This document shows positions 20,635 to 30,233 of a stretch of DNA of 64,000 nt, piece by piece. How positions within the stretch are numbered: the first letter of the stretch is position 1; each line of letters opens with the position of its first letter. The notes below the pieces were generated by a model, which was not told the DNA's origin, searched no databases, and saw only the letters and a program-made list of their open reading frames with translations. This DNA is from an uncultured Gammaproteobacteria bacterium. Its GTDB lineage: Bacteria; Cyanobacteriota; Vampirovibrionia; JBFMGH01. The stretch covers positions 17,447-81,446 of the forward strand of contig CAZFBA010000006.1 of the NCBI GenBank assembly GCA_964517135.1, written 5' to 3'. A program made the translations under genes and the position numbers.

Positions 20635-20914
20635 AACTATAATCCTGCTAATGTCATTATATAAAAAATTAATAACCTGCTGGTATTTTAAAAGTTTAAA
20701 TATCAGACTTCTCTGTAAGTTGCGACAATTGCAGCAATTTATTTATTACATTTTCTGAATTTACGAAACAGTTTAACGACTAATTATATCTTAAATGACT
20801 TAAAAAATTAAACCATTCTAAAAATCTTCAGGTGCAGTTTTTTCTTTTCGAGACAGCCCCAACCCCTTTGTTTTGGCTGAAATCAGTAATTCAATAATTA
20901 ATCAAAGGTTCCAT

Positions 20915-21967
20915 TTATTTTTTCTTTGCGAGGTGTTTATACTTTTTCAAAAAAGGATCTTCGTCGTAAATATCATTGTAACAGACTTCTGCTGCTGCCT
21001 TGCAACCTCCCTGACATTCTTTTGCAATGGCGCAATTTTTACAAAAGTCTGGTATTGCTTTCATAAAGTCTTTAGCTTTCTGGTTATGGGCAAATTTCCA
21101 GAAGGATTCTTCAAGTATATTACCTATAATCATCTGTGAATGATTACACATTCTAACATTGCCAGCAGGATCAATAGTATAGTATGCTCTTGATGTGCCT
21201 GCTGCACAGAATCCGAAGCCAAGGTTAGGATATTTTTCTGTTTTAATAAGGCATGGATGCATTGCAATCGAGCAGGCTATTGATATTTTATACCTGGATG
21301 AAGCTTCATTTGCTATTTCTAGAGCTTCTTCAAGCTGTTCAGGGTCAGGTAAAAGTTCATCGATATTATTGGCGCCTTCTCCTCCGGGATTAAAGCGGTT
21401 AAGCATAAGTCCGTCAGCCCCCAGGGCAACAGCCATATCAATTGTTTCTTTCCAGGTGTGTATATTTTTCTTTGTAGCTACAAATACGGTTACTACATTT
21501 CCCTGAAAGCTTTTGATATAGGCTATTGATTCTGTTACCCTGTCAAAGACATCTTTTCTGACAAGTTCATTATGAATAGCTCTTTCGCTGCTTAATAAAG
21601 GCAGTTCAAAAAGCGTTATACCGCTTTCAATAGAATCCTTTATAAGATCTTTATTTAACAAAGTACCATTTGATATTATATTAAGGCTTATTCCTTTTTC
21701 TTTAACATGCCTTGCTAGTTGAAGAATATCTTTTCTGAGGTAAGGTTCACCTCCTGTGAAGGTTAATTGAATACATTTTGTATCTTCTATGATCCTATCT
21801 ATAAGTTTTAGAGTATTTTGGGTATCCAGTTCTTCAACAGGATAAGGTATTTTATTTTTGCAAACATTATAACAATAAAAGCAGTCAAGATTACATCTTA
21901 AAGTAACCTCAAAAATCATTGATTTTTGCTGACGTTTATTGAATTTATTTTTAAAAAAGTCAATCAT
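20915..21967 (-). CDS. Radical SAM protein with a C-terminal SPASM domain
   Basis: The N-terminal CxxxCxxC is LRCNLDCFYCYN. The C-terminal Cys-rich SPASM region is CAAGTSRAYYTIDPAGNVRMC...CKNCAIAKECQGGCKAAAEVC. Its start codon directly abuts the upstream ORF's stop (TAAATG). Confidence 0.85.
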   Translation of the reverse strand: MIDFFKNKFNKRQQKSMIFEVTLRCNLDCFYCYNVCKNKIPYPVEELDTQNTLKLIDRIIEDTKCIQLTFTGGEPYLRKDILQLARHVKEKGISLNIISNGTLLNKDLIKDSIESGITLFELPLLSSERAIHNELVRKDVFDRVTESIAYIKSFQGNVVTVFVATKKNIHTWKETIDMAVALGADGLMLNRFNPGGEGANNIDELLPDPEQLEEALEIANEASSRYKISIACSIAMHPCLIKTEKYPNLGFGFCAAGTSRAYYTIDPAGNVRMCNHSQMIIGNILEESFWKFAHNQKAKDFMKAIPDFCKNCAIAKECQGGCKAAAEVCYNDIYDEDPFLKKYKHLAKKK

Positions 21968-22705
21968 TTAGCTGTTAAGGAAAGTTATCAGGTCTATTAA
22001 CCCAGGATTATTCTTTAATTGGTCAGGGTTTTCAAGGGTTAATAGCCTGTCATATATATTTTCTTTAATGGTATTAAAGGTTTCAGTATTGATTTTATTC
22101 TCTATAAACATTTTTTGGAGCAGGCAATATTGTTGATCAAGCTCTTCTCTAGTTTTAAAGTAAGTATCAAATTCAGGAGATATAAGATAGCAGGTCATAT
22201 AACCAAAACGAAAGTTAAAATCATCCATTCTTCTGGTAAAGAGCATATCAAGGTATTCTTTTTCTTCTGTATTTATGAGGTTTTCATTGATAAGATTTTG
22301 TGTAAGGTCATTAACCTTTGAAATATCTTCTTTCAAGGTATTAAAATATTCCTGCCAGTTGACTTCTAGCTGGCCGTTTGTTTCCAGGAAGTTTAATTTT
22401 TTCCATATATTTTTTAATTTTTGCCAGCTTTTATTAATTTCAAGCTCTGAAAGTCTTTTGTTTATTGAGTTTTGGTTGTGATCATTCATAGAATTGACCT
22501 GAAGCCCCTTAATATTTTCAGGTTTTATGTTATCAGAATAATATTTAGATTTCCAGTTTTGAAACTTTAAGAACCTCTGATTAATTACGGAATTACTGAC
22601 TCCAGTAAAAACAGGGAGGGGGTTAAAAAAACCGCTGTGCGGCTTTTTAACCCCCAACAACCATTTCTTGAATCTGAAAACTTTTGAGTTATTCAAAGAG
22701 CTCAT
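21968..22705 (-). CDS. Hypothetical protein translationally coupled to the rSAM/SPASM gene. Its 5' end is uncertain.
   Basis: The ORF is 245 aa measured from the farthest start. A strong hairpin at 22608..22645 lies inside the 5' part, so the real start may be the ATG at 22489, giving about 174 aa. I recognise no motifs. The protein is Asn/Lys-rich. Confidence 0.4.
   Translation of the reverse strand: MSSLNNSKVFRFKKWLLGVKKPHSGFFNPLPVFTGVSNSVINQRFLKFQNWKSKYYSDNIKPENIKGLQVNSMNDHNQNSINKRLSELEINKSWQKLKNIWKKLNFLETNGQLEVNWQEYFNTLKEDISKVNDLTQNLINENLINTEEKEYLDMLFTRRMDDFNFRFGYMTCYLISPEFDTYFKTREELDQQYCLLQKMFIENKINTETFNTIKENIYDRLLTLENPDQLKNNPGLIDLITFLNS
22608..22645 (-). terminator. Hairpin, probably the terminator of the symporter gene
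   Basis: A 12-bp stem, gggggttaaaaa/tttttaaccccc, encloses a smaller hairpin, ccgctgtgcggc, which is followed by TTTTT. It lies about 120 bp past the symporter stop on the minus strand. Confidence 0.4.
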
Positions 22706-22765
22706 TACTGTTCTGGTTAAATTTTTTCTGAGGGTTTGGTTTTTAAAAATAAATAACCAAAAATC

Positions 22766-24193
22766 TTACAGTGAAGCTTTTTGGAAAGGCTTAAGACTAA
22801 AAAAGACAATGATTATTGCAGATACAGCAAGTGAAGGTATGATTGGTTCAAGCCCAAAGATAGTAGTATTTGTTAGTTCAAGTATAACAAGAAGAATGCT
22901 GGCGCATGACAGACTTAAGAAAGTTGAAAGCGGTGTAATTTTAGCCCAGTAATGACCTGCAATATATGGAATAAAGCACCCTGCAGCTCTTAAAGAAAAA
23001 GAAAACATTAATATTTTAATAATATCTTCAGGTTTAAGTATTGCAATAGCAAGTGAAAGCACTCCTATTAAGGCTGCAAGTATTCTAATAATAAGAATTT
23101 TCTTTCTATCATCAGCTTCATTTTTTTTGATATATTGAAACCACAGATCATTAGTAATTATAGAAGCAGCCCCGAGTAGATCAGAAGAAGCACTTGACAT
23201 TGTTGCTGAAATAAGACCGGCAAAAAGCAGGCCAGCAATAATAACCGGAAGAACATTCATAGCAAGTACAGGTAGTACATACATATCACTGAAATTATTT
23301 ATGATAGTTGAAGGAATAACACCTTTATGCTCAAGTGCATAGATTGATATACCCAGCAAAGGTGGTATAAAAGCAAAGAAGAAATAAAAAACAGCTGTTA
23401 CTGTGCTTCCTTTAATCACGCTGGCTTTATCTTTAGCTGAATATAATCTCTGTGTAACTTCCTGGCCTATGAGCCAGCTGCTGACATAGATTATAATGAG
23501 TGATATTATTTTTCCTATACCCATACCTTCAAACAGGCTAAGCTTTTCAGGAGGAACATGAGCAATTATTTCAGTAAATCCACCGGCTTTAATAATAACA
23601 AATGGCATTGCTAGCCCCATTCCGATGAGAATAAGTATAAATTGCCAGAAATCAGTAATAGAAACACTCCACATACCCCCAAGAACCGTATAAGTAACGA
23701 TAACACCGCAAGAAATAAGTGCCGAGATCCGGTAGTCAATGCCTGTTACAGCTGAAAAAATTGTAGCTGTAGCAATCATCTGAACAGCAGTTAAGCCTAT
23801 AAGCGGCAAAAACATTATAATTGAGGTCAAAATATGATTTATTCTTCCGTATTTTTTTAAGAAAAATTCAGGTACAGTTAATACTTCAGAACTTCTTAAC
23901 CGTGGTGCAACAATAGCTATAGCAATAAAGCTGATAGACATCGTCCAGATATACCATATTGAGCTAAGCCCCCACTGGCCATAAGCTTTTTGTGTTACAC
24001 CCATTGTGCTGCCGGCACCTATTTCTGTTGCAGCCAGAGTTCCTACAAGCAGCCACCATGGCAATCTTCTTCCTGCTACAAGATAGTCAAGGCTTGTTTT
24101 AATTGATTTTTTATTGGTATAAAATCCTATACCAAGCATAAAAACGAGGTAGAGAAAAATTATAAAAATAATTATAGTGTTACTTGAAGGCAT
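22766..24193 (-). CDS. Sodium:solute symporter (SSS) family transporter
   Basis: 475 aa with about 13 TM helices. The architecture and segments such as GSTMGVTQKAYGQWGLSSIWY are typical of SSS family members. Confidence 0.75.
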   Translation of the reverse strand: MPSSNTIIIFIIFLYLVFMLGIGFYTNKKSIKTSLDYLVAGRRLPWWLLVGTLAATEIGAGSTMGVTQKAYGQWGLSSIWYIWTMSISFIAIAIVAPRLRSSEVLTVPEFFLKKYGRINHILTSIIMFLPLIGLTAVQMIATATIFSAVTGIDYRISALISCGVIVTYTVLGGMWSVSITDFWQFILILIGMGLAMPFVIIKAGGFTEIIAHVPPEKLSLFEGMGIGKIISLIIIYVSSWLIGQEVTQRLYSAKDKASVIKGSTVTAVFYFFFAFIPPLLGISIYALEHKGVIPSTIINNFSDMYVLPVLAMNVLPVIIAGLLFAGLISATMSSASSDLLGAASIITNDLWFQYIKKNEADDRKKILIIRILAALIGVLSLAIAILKPEDIIKILMFSFSLRAAGCFIPYIAGHYWAKITPLSTFLSLSCASILLVILELTNTTIFGLEPIIPSLAVSAIIIVFFSLKPFQKASL

Positions 24194-24382
24194 TGTTTAT
24201 GATATCTTTTTTAGACTGCTTAATATTCGAGATGTTAAAAGGCACAATTGCTTATTATTAAAGCATTATAGAAAAATAAACAAAAATCTGTGTTTAAAAC
24301 ATAAAAATTATTGTATTATAAGTAACATTAGATTTGAGCTGAAAATTTTATTCTGGATGAGAAAAGACTGTCAATTGTGATT

Positions 24383-25423
24383 ATGATAAGAACTAACGTT
24401 TTATATAAGTTTTTGATGCTTGCTATTATTGCATTAAGCATTTTTTCAACAGGTTTTTTGCAGGTTCATGCTCAAAACCAGGATGACAAAAAAACTGAAA
24501 CCTCTTCAAGTATTGCAAAAGTCAATAATTTTATTATCTCTTATAGCAATAATAATAAATTTGAGCTAATAGAAAACAAAATTAAAACAAACCCTGAAGA
24601 TAAATTTTTAAAAGAAATCAAGCTTGATATGATCTATGGCACTGATTTATTTGAGTTTTTGTGGAATAAAAACGATATTGACCATTCTGCTAAAATAATT
24701 GAGACACTTAAAAAGGCAAATTATTCTATACATAAGATGTATTTGTATGAAGCAATATACTATAAACGTAAAGGTGAATGGGCTGTTGCTTTGCCACTTC
24801 TGGATCATTCTTTAATTTTATTTGATAAGCTGAAAAACAAATCAGCAGAAAATATATATTTTAACTCTCTTGCGCTTTTTGAAAAAGGTATTCTAACAGG
24901 TGAGCAAAATTACATAATACAGGCTATTGAAATGCTTGAGAGGGCTGTCAATTTAAAACCAGATAACGTTGTTTACCTTCAAACCATAAATGAAATGTTT
25001 AAATATATTGAGATTCCAGAAGAACTATATGAGGCTTTTAAAAAAAGACAGGAACTATACACACTGAGACTTGATAACATAAAGAAGCAACTTATCTTAA
25101 AATGTTCCAGTAACGTTTTCTACGAAAAAGAAAAACTTGAAAACTATTATTTTGATTCTGTAAAACAACCACTGTCAGAAGAGATTCTATTTAACTGGAA
25201 GCTTGCAAAGTACATACAACGTTCACCTGCTGATTTGCTTTATTTCTTTCAGGTTGGCAGAAACAGAAAAATAAGAAATATCAAAATTATATCAATTCAG
25301 GGAGCAACAAGCGACTTGATTGATCACACAAATAGATCTCTTCAGGGTTCAAGAGCACCTGTTTTACCGGATAATTACATTTATGATACTATGAATTTCT
25401 TGTTTATATTTTCTTACAGATAA
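24383..25423 (+). CDS. Secreted hypothetical protein with TPR-like helical repeats
   Basis: The signal peptide is MIRTNVLYKFLMLAIIALSIFSTGFLQVHAQN. Helical repeat-like segments follow. The track start at 24377 is a GTG. Confidence 0.45.
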   Translation: MIRTNVLYKFLMLAIIALSIFSTGFLQVHAQNQDDKKTETSSSIAKVNNFIISYSNNNKFELIENKIKTNPEDKFLKEIKLDMIYGTDLFEFLWNKNDIDHSAKIIETLKKANYSIHKMYLYEAIYYKRKGEWAVALPLLDHSLILFDKLKNKSAENIYFNSLALFEKGILTGEQNYIIQAIEMLERAVNLKPDNVVYLQTINEMFKYIEIPEELYEAFKKRQELYTLRLDNIKKQLILKCSSNVFYEKEKLENYYFDSVKQPLSEEILFNWKLAKYIQRSPADLLYFFQVGRNRKIRNIKIISIQGATSDLIDHTNRSLQGSRAPVLPDNYIYDTMNFLFIFSYR

Positions 25424-25742
25424 GCATTATTTTCTTTAAACGCTTGTTTGAAAGTTATTTTGCTGGCAGTGAAATCTACATTGAAACTCTCTCTGGCAAT
25501 TTTAAATATTTGTACAATATGTTTAAAATTTGTATACGAAAAAGAAATTTTAAGATAAAATATTTATATTGGGACGTTGTGCCGAAATATCTTGTCCTGA
25601 CTCAAAAAGAGTCAACAGGTTTTATTGTGTCATTTTATTTTCAGGCATTTCTCAAGTTGTGATAACAATTAGATTGAATTCAAATAATATTTAATTTCTA
25701 GACTCTCATTAATTGACAATCAGACAGCGAAACTTTTTAATT

Positions 25743-28700
25743 ATGATAGATTTAACCTTTCAATACATAAAAAATCTTGCCAGCCCTGGTGTTTGGCGCC
25801 GGGGTTATGATTATTACCAGAAAAATCAAGTTGAAAAGGTTGAACTTTATGAAGAAGGTATTAAAGGCACTGTTAAAGGCAATTTCAAAGATGAATATAA
25901 AACGCACCTGAAGTTTTTTGAGAATGAGGTAAGAGCAGATTGTGATTGTCCTTTTCCGGATGAATGGTGTAAACATGCTGTTGCCGTAGCTTTAATAGGC
26001 ATTAGTCAGGGTTTATGGCATAAATACTGGGGTATAGAAGATCATCTTGATGATAAAGATGAAGAAAATATTGATTATCAAGGCCAATACAGATTTTTGT
26101 TCAACGAAAAATCCAAGCCCAGAATGGTTTCAGTAAAGGTTATCGAGCGAAAATCAGGATCTACTGTAACACAACTCGAACCAATTTTACGAAGTGTAGT
26201 TGAAGCTCAGAAACAAAATGCTATTCAACTTAATGAAAAAGAAAAAATGGAACTTTATCTAATTTCGTTTTTGCACAAAAACGCCCAGTATGACAAGAAT
26301 CGAAAACATTATTATGTTAATTATAAGTTTCTTGATGAGCTGATGCCCTGTTTTGCTAAGCTGGAAGACTTAAGGCATGCTGCAACTAACCGTAAAATTA
26401 AAGTAGAAACCAATCCTCTGAGGTTAATACTGAATGTAAATATATCAATGGTAGGAAATATCCTTGTTGCTCTGCACTGGAAGCGTTCCAATCCTGAAGA
26501 TATTATACCTTATGAAGAAATTAGACTATTTGCAAAAAAGATACAGTGGGGTATATACAAAAACATTATATTTCCAATTCAGACTACCGTAGGGGAATTA
26601 CCATATTTTCTCTCAAGATCCAGTTTTCTAGATATTAAAGGCGGTGATGGAGGTAAGTTTTTATTTGAACAGCTGCCAAAATTTAGAGAAGAGCTAAAAG
26701 AAGAACTTGAAATAGAAGAGTCTGAAGCTGTAAAAGAAGCAAGGCTTGAAATTAAGCCACCAAAAGAGACACTTGTTGTTGAAATGCCTGATGAAAAAAC
26801 TCTTCGGGTAGCTCTGGAGTTTGATTATGACGGTGTTCGTGTACCTTATTATGACCAGGCAAAAAATTCACCCTATGTATGCGTTGTTAAAGGAGCTCCA
26901 CCTCCGAAACAATATTCAGTAGAAGAATTTAGAGAACAAGAAGCTGAAAAAAGACGTGCAGAAATAGAAGCAGGTATAATTGATCCATCAAAAGAAGAAC
27001 GGAAAAAAGTAAAAGTTATAAGAGTCAAGGTTCTCGACAAAGATAAAATAGGACAAAAAGCTAAAAAAGGTGATCATAAAGCAAAACAGCAAGATGCTCA
27101 GAAAAAAGAAGAGCCCCAAATGATTGTTAAAGAGAAAAAAACAGAAATAGCCCCAGAGCCTTTAGTTCGCCTGAACGAAGAAGATTTTAGTGAATTTCCT
27201 GATATAGATAAACAGGAAGACTCTATACCGGTTTTACCTTCTTCAGAGCAGCCTGAAATGGAACAAAAAATTCAAGAACAGCCTGCAAAGAAAGAACCTC
27301 AGGTTGAAGATAAAACTAAACCTCACAAAAAAGAGATTAAAGATGTTACTGAAAATCATACTATTGCAGCTGAACCTGAAAAAGACAAACAAAAAGACAA
27401 GAAAAAGCCTGATTCACTTAAAGTTTCATCAGATGATGATTTTATGGATTCTTTTGTTGGAAAGCTCATCCCTGAACAGAAGCCTATAAATATACTTTCT
27501 CAGGACCTAGTAGCAAAAAAAGGAAAGAAGAAATCTCTAAAACACTCTGAAATAGAGGATGTTGATCTTGTTGACAAACTTTTCATGGGTTCAGATAAAA
27601 AGCCCGACAAAAAAGAAAATAAAGGCCCGGCAAGTGCTAAAGCTCTCACTGGAGAAAGTATAAACAAAAAAACAGAAGATACAAAACAACCACCAAAAAG
27701 AAAACGGGGCAGGCCACCCAGGAAATCAGGCCTGGATTCTGATTCAATAGAAGAAACAATCGTATCAAACGAAGAAAAATGGCCTGTAACAGAAACAGAT
27801 AATGGTACAACCCCTGTTCAGCCTGAAGAACCAAAAGAAATATACTGGATTAAACGAGATATCAAGGCAGAAGAAAAGGCCTATAAACAACTATTGTCTT
27901 ATGGCCTGGTACCCATGCAAACAAATAAGCTTGAAGCCCGTGGAGATATGGTTATCGATTTTGTTGGTCAACATTTTACAGAGCTTACAAAAGAATGGCA
28001 GGTTGAATATCCTGAAGAAATCAAGAGCATAAGGATTTCATCTAATCCATTTAAATATAGAATTTATATAGATTTTGCTGAAACCCTTGACACGTTTATG
28101 ATGAAAGTGGTCGGTGCTATTGGAAAAAAAGAAATAGACTTTGATGAAGTAAATGAACTTATGAAAGATGGCCGCAAATACATTTATGTGCCTGGTGAAG
28201 GATACTCTGAAATACCCCTGGCAGAGACTTTGCAGATAACTAAATTGCTTAATAGCTTCGATGCAAATAAATTACCAGAATCAAAGTATAGAGTTCTTAC
28301 CTACAAAGTGGGTCTTATAGCTGAACTGTTTGAGCATAATACTGAAATTATTATGTCTGAAGAATATCAAAAGTTCTGGAACCTTATATCATCATTCAGT
28401 AACTTTGAAGAATCCGAATTACCAGCCTCTGTTCAAGCAACTTTGAGAGAATACCAAAAAAAAGGTTATACCTGGCTTCATTTTCTCTATACATACGGGC
28501 TTAATGGCATACTGGCAGATGATATGGGTCTTGGTAAAACACTACAAACCCTTGTTTTAATTCAAAAAGCAAAAGACGAACATGGTGGAAAGCCTTCTCT
28601 GGTAGTTTGTCCTACCTCTGTTGTTTATAACTGGGAAGATGAAATTAAGAAATTTACCCCTGAATTAAGCTTTATCGATTATACAGGTGGTGGAAGACAC

Positions 28701-29840
28701 TCCCTATTAAATAAGTTTAATAGTAAAGATATCATAATAACAAGTTATGCTATATTAAGAAGAGATATCAATTATTTAAAACGCTATGAATTCAGGTATA
28801 TTGTACTTGATGAAGCACAAAAAATTAAAAACTATCAATCTCAAACAGCAAATGTATCTAAAGAATTAAGGTCACATCACCGTCTGGCATTATCAGGTAC
28901 ACCTATTGAAAACAGACTGTCTGAGTTATGGTCAATATTCGACTTCTTAATGCCTGGTTTTCTTTATGATTATAATGACTTCAGGCAGCGTTATGCACAA
29001 CCTATTGAAGAATATAACAACAAAGATGCTGAAAGACGCCTTAAAAAACAGGTATACCCGTTTATATTGAGAAGATTAAAACAAAATGTTGCTAAAGACC
29101 TGCCTGATAAGCTTGAATTTCTTTCATATTGTGAATTATTGCCTGACCAACAGGAAATATATATTGATATTCTTGACCGTACAAAAGAAGAGCTATTCAG
29201 AAAAATCGAACGTGACGGCATTGCAAAAAGCCAGATGTCAATATTATCAGCACTCTTAAGACTCAGACAAATTTGCTGTCATCCAAAACTCATAGGTGAT
29301 GTACATTCATCTGCTATTAGAAACTCAGGCAAATTTGATCACCTGAAAGAAATGATTCAAGAAGTTGTCGATCAGGGGCATAGAATACTTTTGTTCAGTC
29401 AGTTTGTTGAAATGCTCAAAATCATTAGAGAATGGCTTGAACGAGAAGGTATAAAATTTGAATATCTAACTGGTAGCACTAAAGACAGAAGAGCATGTGT
29501 TGAAAGATTCAATAATGACGAGAGTATCCCTATATTCTTGATCAGTTTAAAAGCAGGTGGAACAGGTCTTAATCTGACCGGTGCTGACTATGTAATACAT
29601 TACGATCCCTGGTGGAACCCTGCAGTAGAAGATCAAGCTACAGACAGAGCTCACAGAATCGGCCAGACTAAAAAAGTATTTGTTTACAGACTTGTAACAA
29701 AGGGTACCGTTGAAGAAAAGATGATAAGACTGCAAGAGAAAAAACGTGACCTTATAGATAGTGTTATTACTGTTGATACATCACTTGGTAAGATTTTAAC
29801 CTACGACGACATAAAAGAAATATTCAGTCATAATTTTTAA
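25743..29840 (+). CDS. SNF2-family helicase with an N-terminal SWIM zinc finger, a long K/E-rich linker containing an AT-hook, and a C-terminal DEAD-like/helicase-C ATPase
   Basis: The SWIM finger is CDCPFPDEWCKHAV. The SNF2 motifs are ILADDMGLGKTLQ (motif I), VLDEAQKIKN (motif II) and LISLKAGGTGLNLTGADYVIHYDPWWNPAVEDQATDRAHRIGQTK (helicase C). An AT-hook, PKRKRGRPPRKSG, lies inside a roughly 370-aa K/E-rich low-complexity region. The ATG at 25743 is chosen over the TTG at 25713. Confidence 0.85.
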   Translation: MIDLTFQYIKNLASPGVWRRGYDYYQKNQVEKVELYEEGIKGTVKGNFKDEYKTHLKFFENEVRADCDCPFPDEWCKHAVAVALIGISQGLWHKYWGIEDHLDDKDEENIDYQGQYRFLFNEKSKPRMVSVKVIERKSGSTVTQLEPILRSVVEAQKQNAIQLNEKEKMELYLISFLHKNAQYDKNRKHYYVNYKFLDELMPCFAKLEDLRHAATNRKIKVETNPLRLILNVNISMVGNILVALHWKRSNPEDIIPYEEIRLFAKKIQWGIYKNIIFPIQTTVGELPYFLSRSSFLDIKGGDGGKFLFEQLPKFREELKEELEIEESEAVKEARLEIKPPKETLVVEMPDEKTLRVALEFDYDGVRVPYYDQAKNSPYVCVVKGAPPPKQYSVEEFREQEAEKRRAEIEAGIIDPSKEERKKVKVIRVKVLDKDKIGQKAKKGDHKAKQQDAQKKEEPQMIVKEKKTEIAPEPLVRLNEEDFSEFPDIDKQEDSIPVLPSSEQPEMEQKIQEQPAKKEPQVEDKTKPHKKEIKDVTENHTIAAEPEKDKQKDKKKPDSLKVSSDDDFMDSFVGKLIPEQKPINILSQDLVAKKGKKKSLKHSEIEDVDLVDKLFMGSDKKPDKKENKGPASAKALTGESINKKTEDTKQPPKRKRGRPPRKSGLDSDSIEETIVSNEEKWPVTETDNGTTPVQPEEPKEIYWIKRDIKAEEKAYKQLLSYGLVPMQTNKLEARGDMVIDFVGQHFTELTKEWQVEYPEEIKSIRISSNPFKYRIYIDFAETLDTFMMKVVGAIGKKEIDFDEVNELMKDGRKYIYVPGEGYSEIPLAETLQITKLLNSFDANKLPESKYRVLTYKVGLIAELFEHNTEIIMSEEYQKFWNLISSFSNFEESELPASVQATLREYQKKGYTWLHFLYTYGLNGILADDMGLGKTLQTLVLIQKAKDEHGGKPSLVVCPTSVVYNWEDEIKKFTPELSFIDYTGGGRHSLLNKFNSKDIIITSYAILRRDINYLKRYEFRYIVLDEAQKIKNYQSQTANVSKELRSHHRLALSGTPIENRLSELWSIFDFLMPGFLYDYNDFRQRYAQPIEEYNNKDAERRLKKQVYPFILRRLKQNVAKDLPDKLEFLSYCELLPDQQEIYIDILDRTKEELFRKIERDGIAKSQMSILSALLRLRQICCHPKLIGDVHSSAIRNSGKFDHLKEMIQEVVDQGHRILLFSQFVEMLKIIREWLEREGIKFEYLTGSTKDRRACVERFNNDESIPIFLISLKAGGTGLNLTGADYVIHYDPWWNPAVEDQATDRAHRIGQTKKVFVYRLVTKGTVEEKMIRLQEKKRDLIDSVITVDTSLGKILTYDDIKEIFSHNF

Positions 29841-29987
29841 AACCTTTATGGATAAACAATTTTAAGAGAGAATAGTTTTACCCTACAGATCAAATAGTTA
29901 TTGTATACGTTGTGCATTTTCCCTTTAACCCGAATTATTCTTCAATTTACAGTCTATTTATTCTAAAAACTTCTGTTTTCTGCGATG

Positions 29988-30006
29988 TTTTAACACTGTG
30001 TTAAAA
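29988..30006. other. 19-bp near-perfect DNA palindrome TTTTAACAC-T-GTGTTAAAA in a 393-bp convergent intergenic region
   Basis: Read directly from the sequence. Confidence 0.3.
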
Positions 30007-30197
30007 AGATGTATTCGCTAGACGTCAATTTCTATAACTGTTTCAGGTCAATTTATTAATAGTTTATAAATTAAATAGGTTAAAGTCTCTCTTTTAACAG
30101 GGATTTCAGGTGTGTGTTATTTATTATCTGCATCTTATACAATTTGCTTTCAATGCATAACTTTTCACCGGATTATTTTGAGGCCCAATACCCCTGG

Positions 30198-30221
30198 AAT
30201 CAATTGCCTTTTGATGGCAAC
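30198..30221. promoter_or_regulatory. Conserved 24-nt dyad motif AATCAATTGCCTTTTGATGGCAAC, copy 2, 13 bp beyond the AI-2E gene stop
   Basis: Identical to 11293..11316. As minus-strand RNA it could form a 7-bp stem with G-U pairs and a 7-nt loop. Confidence 0.35.
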
Positions 30222-30233
30222 CTGGTTTTAAAA

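Noticed and set aside
20915-21967. An anaerobic sulfatase-maturating enzyme (anSME) assignment for the rSAM/SPASM protein
   Set aside because: No sulfatase gene is present, and the nearby AP-superfamily proteins have Thr/Ser NPP-type nucleophile motifs rather than the C/SxPxR sulfatase signature. There is not enough basis for an anSME call.
25444-25662. A 72-aa ORF in the intergenic region upstream of the SNF2 gene
   Set aside because: It is a low-complexity, AT-rich sequence with no RBS and no recognisable motif, so it is probably non-coding promoter DNA.
25743-29840. The SNF2 helicase as part of a DISARM, BREX or other defence island
   Set aside because: The flanking genes are a secreted TPR-like protein and convergent transporters. 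No methyltransferase, PLD-nuclease, DUF1998 helicase or other defence partners are present.
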